Shown piece by piece: positions 36,101-46,694 of a DNA stretch of 64,000 nucleotides. This DNA comes from Candidatus Micrarchaeota archaeon. GTDB taxonomy: Archaea; Micrarchaeota; Micrarchaeia; Micrarchaeales; CABMGC01. Position 1 is the first letter of the stretch, and each line of letters starts with the position of its first letter. The DNA lies in assembly GCA_021818925.1 (NCBI GenBank), contig JAKASU010000001.1, forward strand, positions 188,035 to 252,034, read 5' to 3'. The notes beneath the pieces were generated by a model. The model had not been told where the DNA came from. It was given only the letters and a program-made list of their open reading frames with translations, and did no database searches. A program made the translations under genes and the position numbers.

Positions 36101-38293
36101 TCAGTCCAGATACTCCTGCGGCGCTGGAGGCTCCTCCTTAAGCCCCTTCCTCTTCCTTATCTCCCTGACCACCTTGTCCTGCAGCTCCCTCGGCATCTTC
36201 TCATAGCCTGCGTACTCTGTATACCAGATGGCCCTGCCGGCCGTAGCCCCCCTTATCTCGTTAGAGAAGCCCTTGATTACCTCTGACACCGGCATCTTTG
36301 CTATTATCGTGACCGCCTCTCCTGATTGCTGCACCTCCTGCACCTGGCCCCTCCTGCTCTGCAGCATCGAGATCACCGGAGACATATACTCCTGCGGCAC
36401 GTTGACAGTGAATACCTGCTTTGGCTCGAGCAGCTGCACTCCGGAGATGAGCATGCCCGCCCAGATCGGCCTCCTCATCGCGGGCATTATCTGCGCCGGG
36501 CCCCTGTGCACCGGGTCCTCGTGTATGGTAGCGTCGGTTATGAGCACCTTCACTCCGTAGCACTTCTCCTTGGCAAGCGGCCCGTCCTTGACCGCTTCCT
36601 CGAATCCGTCTATCAGAAGCTCCTCGACCTCGTTCATGTACTGCACTCCCTTCGTCAGGTCTATGAGCACGCTAACCGTTGAAACGTCCCAGATGCCTCT
36701 CGCCTCCTCTCTCGGCATGCCGGCGGCGACGAGGTCCTCGAGGTACTGCTTGCTCTTCGGCTGGCCTTCCCTCACCGTGCCGTTCTCGATAAGGTCGATC
36801 ACTCCCTTCTCAAGCGGCATCACCGTTACCTCGAACTTCGAGTGCCTGTTCGGCGTCTTGCCCTCGATGTCCTTCGCCTCCTTTTCTATAGTCTCCTTGT
36901 AGAGCACTATGGGCTCGCTCGTTGTTATAGGTATCTTGAACTCGTCGCGTATCTTTGTCTCGACGACCTCAAGGTGCAGCTCTCCATTCCCGCTCACCAG
37001 GTGCTCGCCGGTCTCCTGGTTCAGGCTCACCACGATGCCGGGATCTGTCTTCGAAAGCTCCCTCAGCGCCTCTATGAGCTTGAGCGTGTCCTTCGACTCC
37101 TTGACCTCTATCGACTTGGTAACCACCGGCTTGGCGTAGTGGGTGATCTGCTCGAACGGTATTATGTTGCCCTCGCTGAGCGTGTCCCCTATCTGAAGGT
37201 CCTTTATTCCCACGATGGCCGATATGTTTCCCGCCTTTACCTCCTCGATCGGCACGCGGTCCGGCCCCATGTAGAGCCCAACCTGCTGTATCTTTTCGGT
37301 GTTTGGCCTCCCTGAAACGTATACCTCGGTTCCTTTCTTCACCGTGCCGGAGAACACCCTGCCAATAGCCACCTCTCCTCCGTGCGGATCGTAGCTTATT
37401 CCGAATACGACGACGTTCGCCTTCGCCTTCGGGTCTACTGCAAGCATCGCCTTTGCGTCTTCGCTCTGCATGTCGCCGTGCCAGAGGTGCGGTATCCTGT
37501 AGGCCTGCGCCTCCGCGGGATTGGGGAGGTGTTCGATCATCATCGTGAGCGTGGCTTCGTCTATCGGGGCTACCTCCTGCAGTTTCGCTATGTCCTGCTT
37601 CTCCGTGAGCTCAAATACCTGCTTGAACGTCGTCTTGTACTTCTCCATGATCCTCTTCGATATCGCCCACTTCTCGGCAGCGCTGCCGATGCACACGCTG
37701 CCGTCGTCCACGCTCACCTTCCACTTTCCGATGAACTCCTCGGGCGCGTAGCCGTCTATGAGCTTGTTTACGTCGTTTATCAGCTTGAGCAGCCTGTCGA
37801 ACGTCTGCTCGGGGGTGAGCTTGAGCTCTGTGAGGAGCCTGTCAACCTTATTGACGAACAGCACGGGTTTTGCCTTCTCCTTGAGTGCCTGCCTCACCAC
37901 CGTTTCCGTCTGCGGCATTATTCCCTCTACAGGGTCGACTACGACGACGACCCCGTCAACAGCTCGCATAGCCCTTGTTACGTGGAACCCGAAGTCGACG
38001 TGGCCGGGGGTGTCGATGAGGTTGATTATGTAGTCGTGTTCCTTGTAGTTGAACGACAGGGAGATGTTTGCCGACTTTATGGTCATCTTCCTGTCTCGCT
38101 CTATCGCCTCGTAGTTTGTCCAGAGAGCCTCGCCGGCCACGGTCTTCGATATTATTCCGGCTTTGGCGAGAAGCGAGTCTGTGAGCGTGGTCTTGCCGTG
38201 GTGCACGTGCGCCACTATGGCGACGTTGCGGATATGCTGCACGTCGCTCATTATCTTTGCGACTTCCTCGGCTACGAACTCCTTCCTTACCAT
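36101..38293 (-). CDS. fusA: Translation elongation factor aEF-2
   Basis: IRN...AH..HGKTT, DTPGHVDF, NKVD, GELHLE and HED.VHRG; follows rps12-rps7. Confidence 0.97.
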   Translation of the reverse strand: MVRKEFVAEEVAKIMSDVQHIRNVAIVAHVHHGKTTLTDSLLAKAGIISKTVAGEALWTNYEAIERDRKMTIKSANISLSFNYKEHDYIINLIDTPGHVDFGFHVTRAMRAVDGVVVVVDPVEGIMPQTETVVRQALKEKAKPVLFVNKVDRLLTELKLTPEQTFDRLLKLINDVNKLIDGYAPEEFIGKWKVSVDDGSVCIGSAAEKWAISKRIMEKYKTTFKQVFELTEKQDIAKLQEVAPIDEATLTMMIEHLPNPAEAQAYRIPHLWHGDMQSEDAKAMLAVDPKAKANVVVFGISYDPHGGEVAIGRVFSGTVKKGTEVYVSGRPNTEKIQQVGLYMGPDRVPIEEVKAGNISAIVGIKDLQIGDTLSEGNIIPFEQITHYAKPVVTKSIEVKESKDTLKLIEALRELSKTDPGIVVSLNQETGEHLVSGNGELHLEVVETKIRDEFKIPITTSEPIVLYKETIEKEAKDIEGKTPNRHSKFEVTVMPLEKGVIDLIENGTVREGQPKSKQYLEDLVAAGMPREEARGIWDVSTVSVLIDLTKGVQYMNEVEELLIDGFEEAVKDGPLAKEKCYGVKVLITDATIHEDPVHRGPAQIMPAMRRPIWAGMLISGVQLLEPKQVFTVNVPQEYMSPVISMLQSRRGQVQEVQQSGEAVTIIAKMPVSEVIKGFSNEIRGATAGRAIWYTEYAGYEKMPRELQDKVVREIRKRKGLKEEPPAPQEYLD

Positions 38294-38297
38294 GGAA

Positions 38298-39053
38298 CTA
38301 CCTTGCGCTCCTGGCGATTCTCTCTAGCTCTACCTTCTTCTTAATGGCGTAGCTTGCCGGGTCCTTGTTCGCTGAGAGGATCAGCTCTTCCGCGAGAGCG
38401 TCGGCGAGCGTCTTCTTGCTCTTGAAAGCGCCGATGAGGGACGAGAGCGCCATGTTCCTGAGAGCCACGTCGAGTCTCCTCGCCGCGCTTATTCCGACAG
38501 CGACGTTGTAGTTTATGCCTCCGTACCTTATTCTGGTTGTGTCCTCTATCGGTGCTGTGTTTTCGAGCGCGCTGACCAGCACCTGCGCAGGGTTCTTGCC
38601 GGTCTTCTTGTTTATGATCTCGAAAGCGGCCTCTACGATGTGCATCACCTTCACCTTCTTGCCCTGCAGCGCGCCCTTGGTGCGTATCACCTTGCCGCCG
38701 ATCTTCTGGCCGGTTCCTCCGCGCATGAGCTTGTTCATCAGCCTCTCTACTATGTTGACGTGCGTGACGTAGTAGACCCTGTTCTTCCTCCTTCCGAAGG
38801 TGTTAGGGAATGCCTTCGGCGCGAGCACTATGTAGTTCGCAAGGCTGGGGTCGTTAACCGAGACCTCCTTGAGGCTGTACTTGCCGAAGAGCAGGGATTC
38901 GGAGAAGGCTATGTTCTCCTTCTTCGCGGACCTTCTCGCGGTCTTCTTCTCCGGCTTGGCGGCTAAGGGAGCAGCGGGGGCGCTCTCGGCGGTTGCTGGC
39001 GCTTTCCCTTCCTTCTTCTCCTCTGCCGGCTGCTCCTTCTTTTCCTCTTCCAA
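38298..39053 (-). CDS. rps7: 30S ribosomal protein uS7 with N-terminal extension
   Basis: LFGKY, IVERL.N.LMR, NP.Q....A.EN and E.ER.A.SAR. Confidence 0.95.
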   Translation of the reverse strand: MEEEKKEQPAEEKKEGKAPATAESAPAAPLAAKPEKKTARRSAKKENIAFSESLLFGKYSLKEVSVNDPSLANYIVLAPKAFPNTFGRRKNRVYYVTHVNIVERLMNKLMRGGTGQKIGGKVIRTKGALQGKKVKVMHIVEAAFEIINKKTGKNPAQVLVSALENTAPIEDTTRIRYGGINYNVAVGISAARRLDVALRNMALSSLIGAFKSKKTLADALAEELILSANKDPASYAIKKKVELERIARSAR

Positions 39054-39057
39054 CTCA

Positions 39058-39492
39058 CTACCTCTTCGGCTTATCTATCTTGCCCTTCACCACCTGGAAC
39101 AGGTCAGCCCCGTTGACGCCTATTACCCTGTACTTGAGGCCTGGTATGCATCCCATCTGGCCGCGCTGGGAGCCCCCAAGTCCCTGTATCATAACCTCGT
39201 CGTGCTCCTCTATGAAGTTGACCGCACCGTCGTACGGCACGTACGCGCCGACAACCTTGCCGTTCTTCACGAGCTGCACCCTAACGCACTTTATCAGACC
39301 AGAGTGCGGCTGCTTCTGCTGCAGCACGAACTTCGCCAGCACAAGAGCCCTCGCCATCGGAACCGTGCCGACGGGGTCGTACTTCTGCTTCAGCTTGAAG
39401 TACTTCCTCTTCCACCACTTCTTCAGCAGGCGCTCCTGCTTTCTCTTCTTCTTGAGCTTCAACGCAGCGAATTCTCCGTTTGCCATGGTCAT
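39058..39492 (-). CDS. rps12: 30S ribosomal protein uS12
   Basis: KQP.S...KCVRVQL.KNGK, P.DGA..FI.EHDEV and IPG. Confidence 0.95.
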   Translation of the reverse strand: MTMANGEFAALKLKKKRKQERLLKKWWKRKYFKLKQKYDPVGTVPMARALVLAKFVLQQKQPHSGLIKCVRVQLVKNGKVVGAYVPYDGAVNFIEEHDEVMIQGLGGSQRGQMGCIPGLKYRVIGVNGADLFQVVKGKIDKPKR

Positions 39493-39800
39493 CTATACTC
39501 TTCGGTAAGTATCTTCGAGTTTCCAGGTTCGAGCACAGCCAGGCTGTTTATCGAGTAGGGCTTGCCGCACACGGTGCCGAGCTCCATGGAGCTGCCCTTG
39601 AACATCACGAGCTTTATGCCGGCGACGTTGCAGAGGTGTGTTATGTCGTCCGTGGCGCCCGCCTTGCCCTTGCTTGTTATGACCACAAGCTTGGCCCTGT
39701 TGCTGTGCACCGCCTTCTGCGTCTCCGCTGTGCCGAGGGCAACGCTTCCAGTATCCACAGCGAGCCTTAGGTCGTTGTTCAAATCTGCCACGCTAACCAT
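39489..39800 (-). CDS. rpl30e: 50S ribosomal protein eL30
   Basis: AVDTG.V.LG, ELG..CGKP and PG.S.IL. Confidence 0.95.
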   Translation of the reverse strand: MVSVADLNNDLRLAVDTGSVALGTAETQKAVHSNRAKLVVITSKGKAGATDDITHLCNVAGIKLVMFKGSSMELGTVCGKPYSINSLAVLEPGNSKILTEEYR

Positions 39801-39876
39801 CGAAAAAGCGTCTTTCCAGGAAAGAAAAACCGCCGTATAAACATATCGCCAAAAGTATTTAAAGGTTGATAATGCC

Positions 39877-40890
39877 CTACGCCGAGAGCGTCATGTTGCA
39901 GCCCGCCGGCGTGGCTATCTGCCCGCTGAGCAGCAGCTTCACGTAGCCCGCCACCGGTATATCGGCTATCACATAGCCGACAACCGCGCTCTGGTTCGCA
40001 GGGTAGTTCCCGAACTCGATGTCGAGGGCTTGGTTGTTGTCGCCCTTGGTGAGGAAGTAGTACTGGCCGCTCACGTTGAGCATTGCGTATACCCTGTGTA
40101 TTATGTCACCGCTGAAGCTGTCCCTGCTGTTGGTCTGGTAGACTATTATCGGGTTGCTGTAGTTCTCCGATATGGTGGTGTTGCCCACCATTATCTGGGA
40201 GGTGTAGATTGCATTGTAGTGAAGGGCGCCGTAGGTCAGGTTGCCTATCGAGTATGCGTATCTTATAAGGTTGCTTAGCTGCGCCTGTTCCGGAACCGCG
40301 CACTGGTACACGGTGCTCTGCCTGCCCAGGTACTGCCTTTGTGAAACGCACACTGTATTGTAGAGGCTTACGTTGTACTCCGATTTTGGATTGATTACGT
40401 ATGAGATTTGCGAGCCGTTGGTTGGAGAGTATGCGAAATAGGCGAGGAACTCGCTGTTCATGTTCGCCTCCATCTTCTGGAATGCGGTCCTGGTAAGATT
40501 TACAACAGGCACGTGGTTCTCCGTAGCGAACGTGGCAGGATTCCCTATCCCATGCAAAACAACGAGATCTCCGCGGTGAAGGGTCGGAAGCATGCTGCAG
40601 CTCGATACCGCATCTATCGGGGCCGATGTCTGCAGCACCACGGTAAGTATTATCCAGAAGATTATGGCGGCGCCAACCGCCACGGCGATGTCGATGGCGC
40701 TCTTCTTCGCCCCTTCTGTGGATACGCTTGCCTTTACCTCGTAGACCAGTATGATTATTATCAGGAAGAAAGTGACGGCCCCGACAACCACGTTGCCGTA
40801 TACCGCGTATACCGCGATGAGAGCCACAAGGAGGATATATAGGAGCCAAGAGAGCCTTGACTCGCGCTTTTTAGCTTTCCTTGCTCTCAC
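39877..40890 (-). CDS. Signal peptidase I (S26, Sec11-like) with large insertion
   Basis: SCSMLPTL.RGDL, IIHRV and TKGDNN motifs after three TM helices. Confidence 0.88.
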   Translation of the reverse strand: MRARKAKKRESRLSWLLYILLVALIAVYAVYGNVVVGAVTFFLIIIILVYEVKASVSTEGAKKSAIDIAVAVGAAIIFWIILTVVLQTSAPIDAVSSCSMLPTLHRGDLVVLHGIGNPATFATENHVPVVNLTRTAFQKMEANMNSEFLAYFAYSPTNGSQISYVINPKSEYNVSLYNTVCVSQRQYLGRQSTVYQCAVPEQAQLSNLIRYAYSIGNLTYGALHYNAIYTSQIMVGNTTISENYSNPIIVYQTNSRDSFSGDIIHRVYAMLNVSGQYYFLTKGDNNQALDIEFGNYPANQSAVVGYVIADIPVAGYVKLLLSGQIATPAGCNMTLSA

Positions 40891-40911
40891 GAGAATAACC
40901 AGTATTACTTC

Positions 40912-43900
40912 TTACTTAGTATTTGATATTTCTATCCCATACGCCTGGGAGTCGCCGCTGTTCTTCGTGACTCCGAGCGCCGCGTCGGCGTTGACTATCA
41001 GCGAGTCGTTGTGGCTCACGACCACGAACTGCGCGCTCTTCGCCATCTCCTTTATGAGCTGCGACAGCTTCTTCGAGTTCTCCTTGTCGAGCGCTGTGTC
41101 TATCTCGTCGAAGAGGTATACAGATGAGGGCTTGCACATGTGTATCGAGAAGAGGAGCATGAGAGATATGAGCGACTTCTGGCCCCCAGACAGGCCCCTG
41201 CTGCGGCCGACGAAGTTCGTGTCGTCTATCTTGAAGCTCAGGCCTGTTTCGAGCGGGCTGTTGGGGTCGTCCAGCTCTATCCCGGCCTTGCCCGGATATA
41301 TGAAGTTGTAGAGCTTTGAGAAGTTCTTGTTCACCTCGTTGAATGTTGTCACGAACGCGTTGAGCTTCTTCGACTCGATCTCCTCTATCATCGCTTCGAC
41401 AGCGCGCTTCTCGCCCTCCAGCGTGCTCACCTTGTCCGTGGCTTCGGCCACGCTCCTCGCCTTCTCATCATAGGCCTCTGGCGCCTTCAGGTTGACGGCT
41501 CCCAGCGCCTCTATCTTGGCTCCCAGGACCTGCGCGTCCTTCTCCATCTTCTCGCTATCCTCGTTGACCAGCTCAGGAACCGCATTGCTGTAAGCGCTGA
41601 GCTCTGCGGCTATGTCCGTAAGCCTCATCTCCGTCTGGCCCTGCGACACTCTAATCTCGCTTACCTTCTTCCCTATGCCCTCGTATTTTGAGTTCTGTGA
41701 AGCCTGCTCGGTTATGAGCTTCTCCTGCTCCTTGGCTATCGCCTCCTGCCTCTCTAGCGCCTCCCTGCTTGATTTGCTGCTTCTTTTCATGTGGCTCTCT
41801 ACCTCCGCCTTGTCCTCGAGCAGCTCCGCCTTCTTCTTGGCGTAATCCGCAGAAAGCCTCTTCGTCCTTTCGGCGAGATCCTCCTTCTCTTTCATCTCGC
41901 GGTTTCTCTGCTGCTGCGTCTCGGCGAGCATCTTGCTCTCCTTCTGCCACTCCGCCACCTTTATCCTCGCTTCTTCCATCTCCTTGTTCAGCGAGGCCAG
42001 CCTCTCTGCGTCCTCCTTCTTCATGCCCTTGTGCGCCGCCTCGAGCGAGTCCGAGTATGCTTCGCTGCGCTCGCTCTTCATGGCCTCTATCTCCCTGGCA
42101 AGCTTGGACACTTCGTTCTGCACTGATCCCGCATCCTCTGCGAGCTTCTTTGAGTCATTGTCAAGCGAGGAAAGCGACGACTCAAGTTTTGCCTTCTGTT
42201 CTCCGCGCTCCTTGATCTTTTTGTTGTACTCTTCTATCGCAGAGTTCGCCGAAGCCATCTCTATACCTGCCTCTGCCATCTCCTTGCTGCTGGAGAAGCG
42301 CCTTGCGTCGACGTCCTTAGCCTCTGCAAACGCCTTGACGCGTGCCGCTTCAACCTCTTTGAGCTTCTTCTCAATTACCGATATCGAGAGCGACTTTGAC
42401 CGAGAGCCTCCAGACAGCACTCCGGCGCGCTCTACCGTCTCGCCGGAGAGTGTGACGTACCTGTGCCTGCCCGTGCCGAGGGACTTTGCCTCCTCTATGT
42501 CCCTGACCAGATAGGTGTTGCTGAATATGTATGCGAAAACCTTCGCAAACTTGGAATCGTACTTGAGCAGATCTGTCAAAGCCTGGAGTCCATTCTCCCT
42601 GCTCTCAGCTTCAACGTGCAGTTCGCGCAACGGCACAAAAGTGGCCCTGCCGAGGTTCTGCTTCTTCAGGTACTGTATCATTGTGTTGGCAACGTCCATC
42701 GACTCCACAACCAGATAGCTGAAGCGCGAACCTGCTGCGGCTTCCACAGCCTCAGCGTATTTGCTGTCGTATGTGCATAGCTCTGCGACAGTTCCGAAGA
42801 AGCCCGGGTTGTCGGCGAATGCAGACTTGAGCCTGCTCAGCAGCACTCCGTCGCGCGAGTGCGAAGAGGCACGTTGCTCCTTTAGCGCGAGTATCTCGCT
42901 ATCGGCAGAGTCGAGTATCTGCCTGAGCTCCTCGGCGCGGGCCTGAAGCTCCGCTACCCGCTTCTCCGCCTTCTCCTTTCTGGATTTTTCCTCTTGGACC
43001 TTCTCCCTGAGCGCCGAGGCCGCTACCATATCCCTGCTTATCTCATCGCCTATGCCGGCGATCTCTTTCAGCGTGCCGTCCTTCTTCGCGTCGATTAGCG
43101 TCTTCCGCGTCTGTAGCTTGGAGAGCGTCTCCTGCAGGCGAGCGAGCTCCTTCTCCGAGTTCGAGATGCCAGAATCGAGCTCCTTGACCCTCTTGCCCGA
43201 GTCTCCGGGGCTGTCGAAGCTTCCGAGCTTCTTGGCCTGCGCCTCCAGCTCTGAGAGCCGGGATCGCATGCCTGCCACAGACGTTTCGTTGGCCTTTATC
43301 TTTTCGCCTATCCTCTTGATCTCCTCGCCTATATCCGCGACCTGCTTGGCTGTCTCGTCTATGGTAGAGGCGGCTGTGTTTATCTTAACCTCAAGCGCGC
43401 TTAGTTCGTTGCCAACATCGACGAGCCTCTTGCTTACCGCGTCTTGTGACGTTGCGCTGCTCGCGAGCGCGTAGCTTATCTTCTGCCTCTCTTCTGAGAG
43501 CGCTGCGATCTTCTTTGCGTACTCGGCCATCTTCGCCTCCACGCCCTTCTTCTCAGCCTCGAGCTTCGCGATCTCCTTGGCGTAGGCGTCGAGGTTAAGC
43601 TGAGAAGCCTTCTGCCTCTTGATAAGTATGCTGTAGTTGAGCGACTTCAGCCGCTTGCTCATTACTATGTAGTTCTCAGCCGCCTCCTTCTCCTTCTCAA
43701 GCTCCTTCAAGGTCGCGGCCCTCTCGCCCAGCATCGCCTGCGCTGTGCTTATCCTCACGCCCACCTTCTCCAGCTCCTGCATCGCCTCCCTCTTCTTATA
43801 CTCGAACTCCTGTATGCCCGCGGCTATGTCTATGAACTCCCTGCGCTGCTTGGCGTTGGCCTCTATTATCTTGTTTATCTCTCCCTGCGCTATCGTGCTT

Positions 43901-44292
43901 GTCTCGTCTATGTGAACGCTGTGCTTCTTCAGCACCTCGATCACCTCCTGTCTGGTCATGCGCTTCCCGTTGAGCCTGTACACGGTCTTGCCGTCGGCGC
44001 GTATGCCCCTCGTTATCTCCATCTTCTCGTCGCCGTCGAGCTCGATCTTGACGTGCGCTTTCGACATGCTGGCCGCGCCGCGGCTGGAGCCTTCCCTGAT
44101 CAGATATTGCAGCCTGTCGACACGTAGCCTGTGCAGAGAGCTCTCCCCGAGGGAGAAGAGTAGCGCGTCGATTATGTTGCTCTTTCCGCTTCCGTTTGGC
44201 CCGACTATGCAGTTGAAGCCCTTGTTGAAGATAACGTTGATGTGCTTGAATGACTTGAACCTGTCTATGCTCATGGATTTGAGGTACAGCAC
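40912..44292 (-). CDS. smc: Chromosome segregation protein SMC
   Basis: FKSF, GPNGSGKSN, coiled coils, hinge GRATF.PL, LSGGQ, FDEID.ALD and SH. Confidence 0.97.
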   Translation of the reverse strand: MLYLKSMSIDRFKSFKHINVIFNKGFNCIVGPNGSGKSNIIDALLFSLGESSLHRLRVDRLQYLIREGSSRGAASMSKAHVKIELDGDEKMEITRGIRADGKTVYRLNGKRMTRQEVIEVLKKHSVHIDETSTIAQGEINKIIEANAKQRREFIDIAAGIQEFEYKKREAMQELEKVGVRISTAQAMLGERAATLKELEKEKEAAENYIVMSKRLKSLNYSILIKRQKASQLNLDAYAKEIAKLEAEKKGVEAKMAEYAKKIAALSEERQKISYALASSATSQDAVSKRLVDVGNELSALEVKINTAASTIDETAKQVADIGEEIKRIGEKIKANETSVAGMRSRLSELEAQAKKLGSFDSPGDSGKRVKELDSGISNSEKELARLQETLSKLQTRKTLIDAKKDGTLKEIAGIGDEISRDMVAASALREKVQEEKSRKEKAEKRVAELQARAEELRQILDSADSEILALKEQRASSHSRDGVLLSRLKSAFADNPGFFGTVAELCTYDSKYAEAVEAAAGSRFSYLVVESMDVANTMIQYLKKQNLGRATFVPLRELHVEAESRENGLQALTDLLKYDSKFAKVFAYIFSNTYLVRDIEEAKSLGTGRHRYVTLSGETVERAGVLSGGSRSKSLSISVIEKKLKEVEAARVKAFAEAKDVDARRFSSSKEMAEAGIEMASANSAIEEYNKKIKERGEQKAKLESSLSSLDNDSKKLAEDAGSVQNEVSKLAREIEAMKSERSEAYSDSLEAAHKGMKKEDAERLASLNKEMEEARIKVAEWQKESKMLAETQQQRNREMKEKEDLAERTKRLSADYAKKKAELLEDKAEVESHMKRSSKSSREALERQEAIAKEQEKLITEQASQNSKYEGIGKKVSEIRVSQGQTEMRLTDIAAELSAYSNAVPELVNEDSEKMEKDAQVLGAKIEALGAVNLKAPEAYDEKARSVAEATDKVSTLEGEKRAVEAMIEEIESKKLNAFVTTFNEVNKNFSKLYNFIYPGKAGIELDDPNSPLETGLSFKIDDTNFVGRSRGLSGGQKSLISLMLLFSIHMCKPSSVYLFDEIDTALDKENSKKLSQLIKEMAKSAQFVVVSHNDSLIVNADAALGVTKNSGDSQAYGIEISNTK

Positions 44293-44336
44293 TGCACCAC
44301 TGGTCGCGAGTATTCATCAGTTGTGAAGAGTTTAAA

Positions 44337-45404
44337 TTACTTACCCTTGCGCTTCCCGAGCACATGGAGTGAGAGAAACGCCTGGATGTGCGATATCGTG
44401 ACAACTCCAACAAGCTTGCCCTTATGCGTCACAGCCGCTATCCCCGACTCATTAGATTCCATAGATCCGAGCGCATCGACGATGTTCTCGTTCATGTCAA
44501 CGCTGGGTATCATGACGGCTATGTCCCTGGCCCACATGTCCGGCTTCAGCCTCTCCTTCCTCAGTATGTTGACGTATGCGTAGCCGCCCTCGAGTTTCGT
44601 GATGAGTAGATGCTCTCTTGTGCGCTTTACCGCCTGGTACAGGTCGCCGATGCTGCTGCTGGGGCTGACAAGCACGAAGTGCTTGGTGGCCAGGCTCCTT
44701 AACTTCACTCCCTTGGATTCTCGCTTTATCTCCATTGTCTGCATCTCCTGCTGCGCCCCGCTGTACAGGAAGAAGGCGATGAAGAGGTCCCAGAGGAAGA
44801 AGAACTCCTTGTAAGCGAACGGCGCCGTGATCATGAGAACGTATATCACGGTCGCGACCATGAAGAGCAGCATGACTATCTTGCTCGCGGTTACCGTAAG
44901 CGCCGTGGCCCTGTACTCGTCGTACTTCCTCTCGAGATAGCTCCTGAACACCCTGCCGCCGTCAGTCGGGAATGCGGGCAGCAGGTTGAAGCCGCCCAGC
45001 AGCAGATTGAGTAGGAAGAGAGACTGCAGTATCTCTGTCAGCGCGCCGGGAGGGGCGAAAAGGACAAGGAAACCGAACACCGCTCCGAGAAGCAGGCTCA
45101 TCAGCGGGCCCGCGATGGAGATGTTGAACTCGAGGTCCGGGCTCAGGCTCGAGACGTCTATTATGGATGCGCCTCCGAGGGGAAGCAGGATTATCCTGCT
45201 CACCTTTACCCTGTTCTGCAGTGCAACGAACGAATGCGAGAGCTCGTGTATGAGAACGCAGACGAAAAGCAGCGTTATGAGGATGAAGATGAATATGTCC
45301 GAATAAACTCCGATAACGAAGGCAACAAGGAGAAGGGCGGCGAGGGTCCAGTGGAGCTCTATGTCTATGCCCCAGATCTTCGCTATCTTGTACGCTTCGG
45401 CCAT
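44337..45404 (-). CDS. Site-2 protease (M50) with CBS domains
   Basis: HELSH, AGP and NLLPAFP.DGGR; C-terminal CBS-like region. Confidence 0.93.
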   Translation of the reverse strand: MAEAYKIAKIWGIDIELHWTLAALLLVAFVIGVYSDIFIFILITLLFVCVLIHELSHSFVALQNRVKVSRIILLPLGGASIIDVSSLSPDLEFNISIAGPLMSLLLGAVFGFLVLFAPPGALTEILQSLFLLNLLLGGFNLLPAFPTDGGRVFRSYLERKYDEYRATALTVTASKIVMLLFMVATVIYVLMITAPFAYKEFFFLWDLFIAFFLYSGAQQEMQTMEIKRESKGVKLRSLATKHFVLVSPSSSIGDLYQAVKRTREHLLITKLEGGYAYVNILRKERLKPDMWARDIAVMIPSVDMNENIVDALGSMESNESGIAAVTHKGKLVGVVTISHIQAFLSLHVLGKRKGK

Positions 45405-45461
45405 GCAGTCGAGAGATAGTTGGCGATTAAGTATATTAAACCTGTTTGAGAAGAGAGCATT

Positions 45462-46199
45462 ATGCTTGTTTCCTTCATCAAAAATGTCCCCGCACTGCTT
45501 GTCGATGGGGAGAAAACTCTAGTCGTTGGCGATCTTCACATAGGCATGCACCTGAAACTCAGGGAGAAGGGCTTCTACTTTCAAGGGGCTACTGAGCGCA
45601 TGGCACGGAGTCTGCTCGATGCGTACAAAAAGTCAGGGGCAAGGAGCGTTGTGCTCCTTGGTGACGTGAAGGAGAGCATAGGCTCTCCGAAGTTCGCCGA
45701 GTACAAGGAGCTCAAGACCTTCTTCGACACGATAGCGGGGATAGACACAAGGATAGTGAAGGGCAACCATGACGGAGGGCTCGAGAAGGCAATCGCAAAC
45801 ATGGGCTTCAATATCCCGGTTTCAAAAGAGATACTCCTTGGAGGGGTAGCGCTCATGCACGGCAACTCGTGGCCTTCGGCAGAGGCGATGGGCATGCGAT
45901 ACGTGGTTGTGGGCCATGGCCACTATGCGCTGCTGAGGAATGGATCCTTGGAGAAGGTATGGGTCGTTTCGGAAGTGACCAAAATGGCGTCGAAAAAATA
46001 TGCGGACTATAACAAGAGCGCCAAGATGATAGCCACACCTTCGTTCAATGCGCTCATAATAGGCAGCGCGCTAAGCCCAAAAGCGAAGAATTATCTTCCG
46101 CCTTTCAAGCACGATTTCTTTGATTTCGAAGGCGCGAAGGTGTATGACATTAGAGGAAGACTCGAAGGAAGCGTAAGAGATCTCACAATGATGGGATAA
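45462..46199 (+). CDS. Calcineurin-like metallophosphoesterase
   Basis: DLHIG, LGD, GNHD, HG and GH.H motifs. Confidence 0.9.
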   Translation: MLVSFIKNVPALLVDGEKTLVVGDLHIGMHLKLREKGFYFQGATERMARSLLDAYKKSGARSVVLLGDVKESIGSPKFAEYKELKTFFDTIAGIDTRIVKGNHDGGLEKAIANMGFNIPVSKEILLGGVALMHGNSWPSAEAMGMRYVVVGHGHYALLRNGSLEKVWVVSEVTKMASKKYADYNKSAKMIATPSFNALIIGSALSPKAKNYLPPFKHDFFDFEGAKVYDIRGRLEGSVRDLTMMG

Positions 46200-46412
46200 A
46201 ATTGAGTAATCCATAGATCAAAAACAGGTTCTCCCTCCTGGGACTGCCAACAAAACTACACTATAGTTGATTGACGAGTGTAGAAACGACAAATCTATGA
46301 TGTGGAAAGAACCGACTTAAAGACGCACATGTTTAGAGCCGTAAGATTTGCGAGTTTCTCAAATCGCAAAGCAATATTTATATATGCTCTAAGAGATGTG
46401 AATAGGGGACAT

Positions 46413-46694
46413 ATGTCAAACGTCGAAAAAACTGCAGAAAGTAAAATTAAGGTTACTGAAGAAGTTTCCCGAATCGTTTCCCCCGCCTTAAAAGAAACGC
46501 TGAATCTGTTAAAAGATAGGATGGTGCAGTTAAGTAAGGCAGAAGGGATAGACGGGGAAACGGTAGAATTTGCTAACAGATATGCCTTGTCTAGTTTGCC
46601 GCCCGGACCACGAAGCAGACTGGAAATTGATGCTCATATAAGAGCAGAAATAAGCGGGGATTCAAAAAACTACAAAAAGCAATGGATGCTGTAA
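46413..46694 (+). CDS. Hypothetical protein in AT-rich island
   Basis: ATG at 46413 about 30 nt after a TTTATATA box; overlaps the next ORF. Confidence 0.5.
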   Translation: MSNVEKTAESKIKVTEEVSRIVSPALKETLNLLKDRMVQLSKAEGIDGETVEFANRYALSSLPPGPRSRLEIDAHIRAEISGDSKNYKKQWML

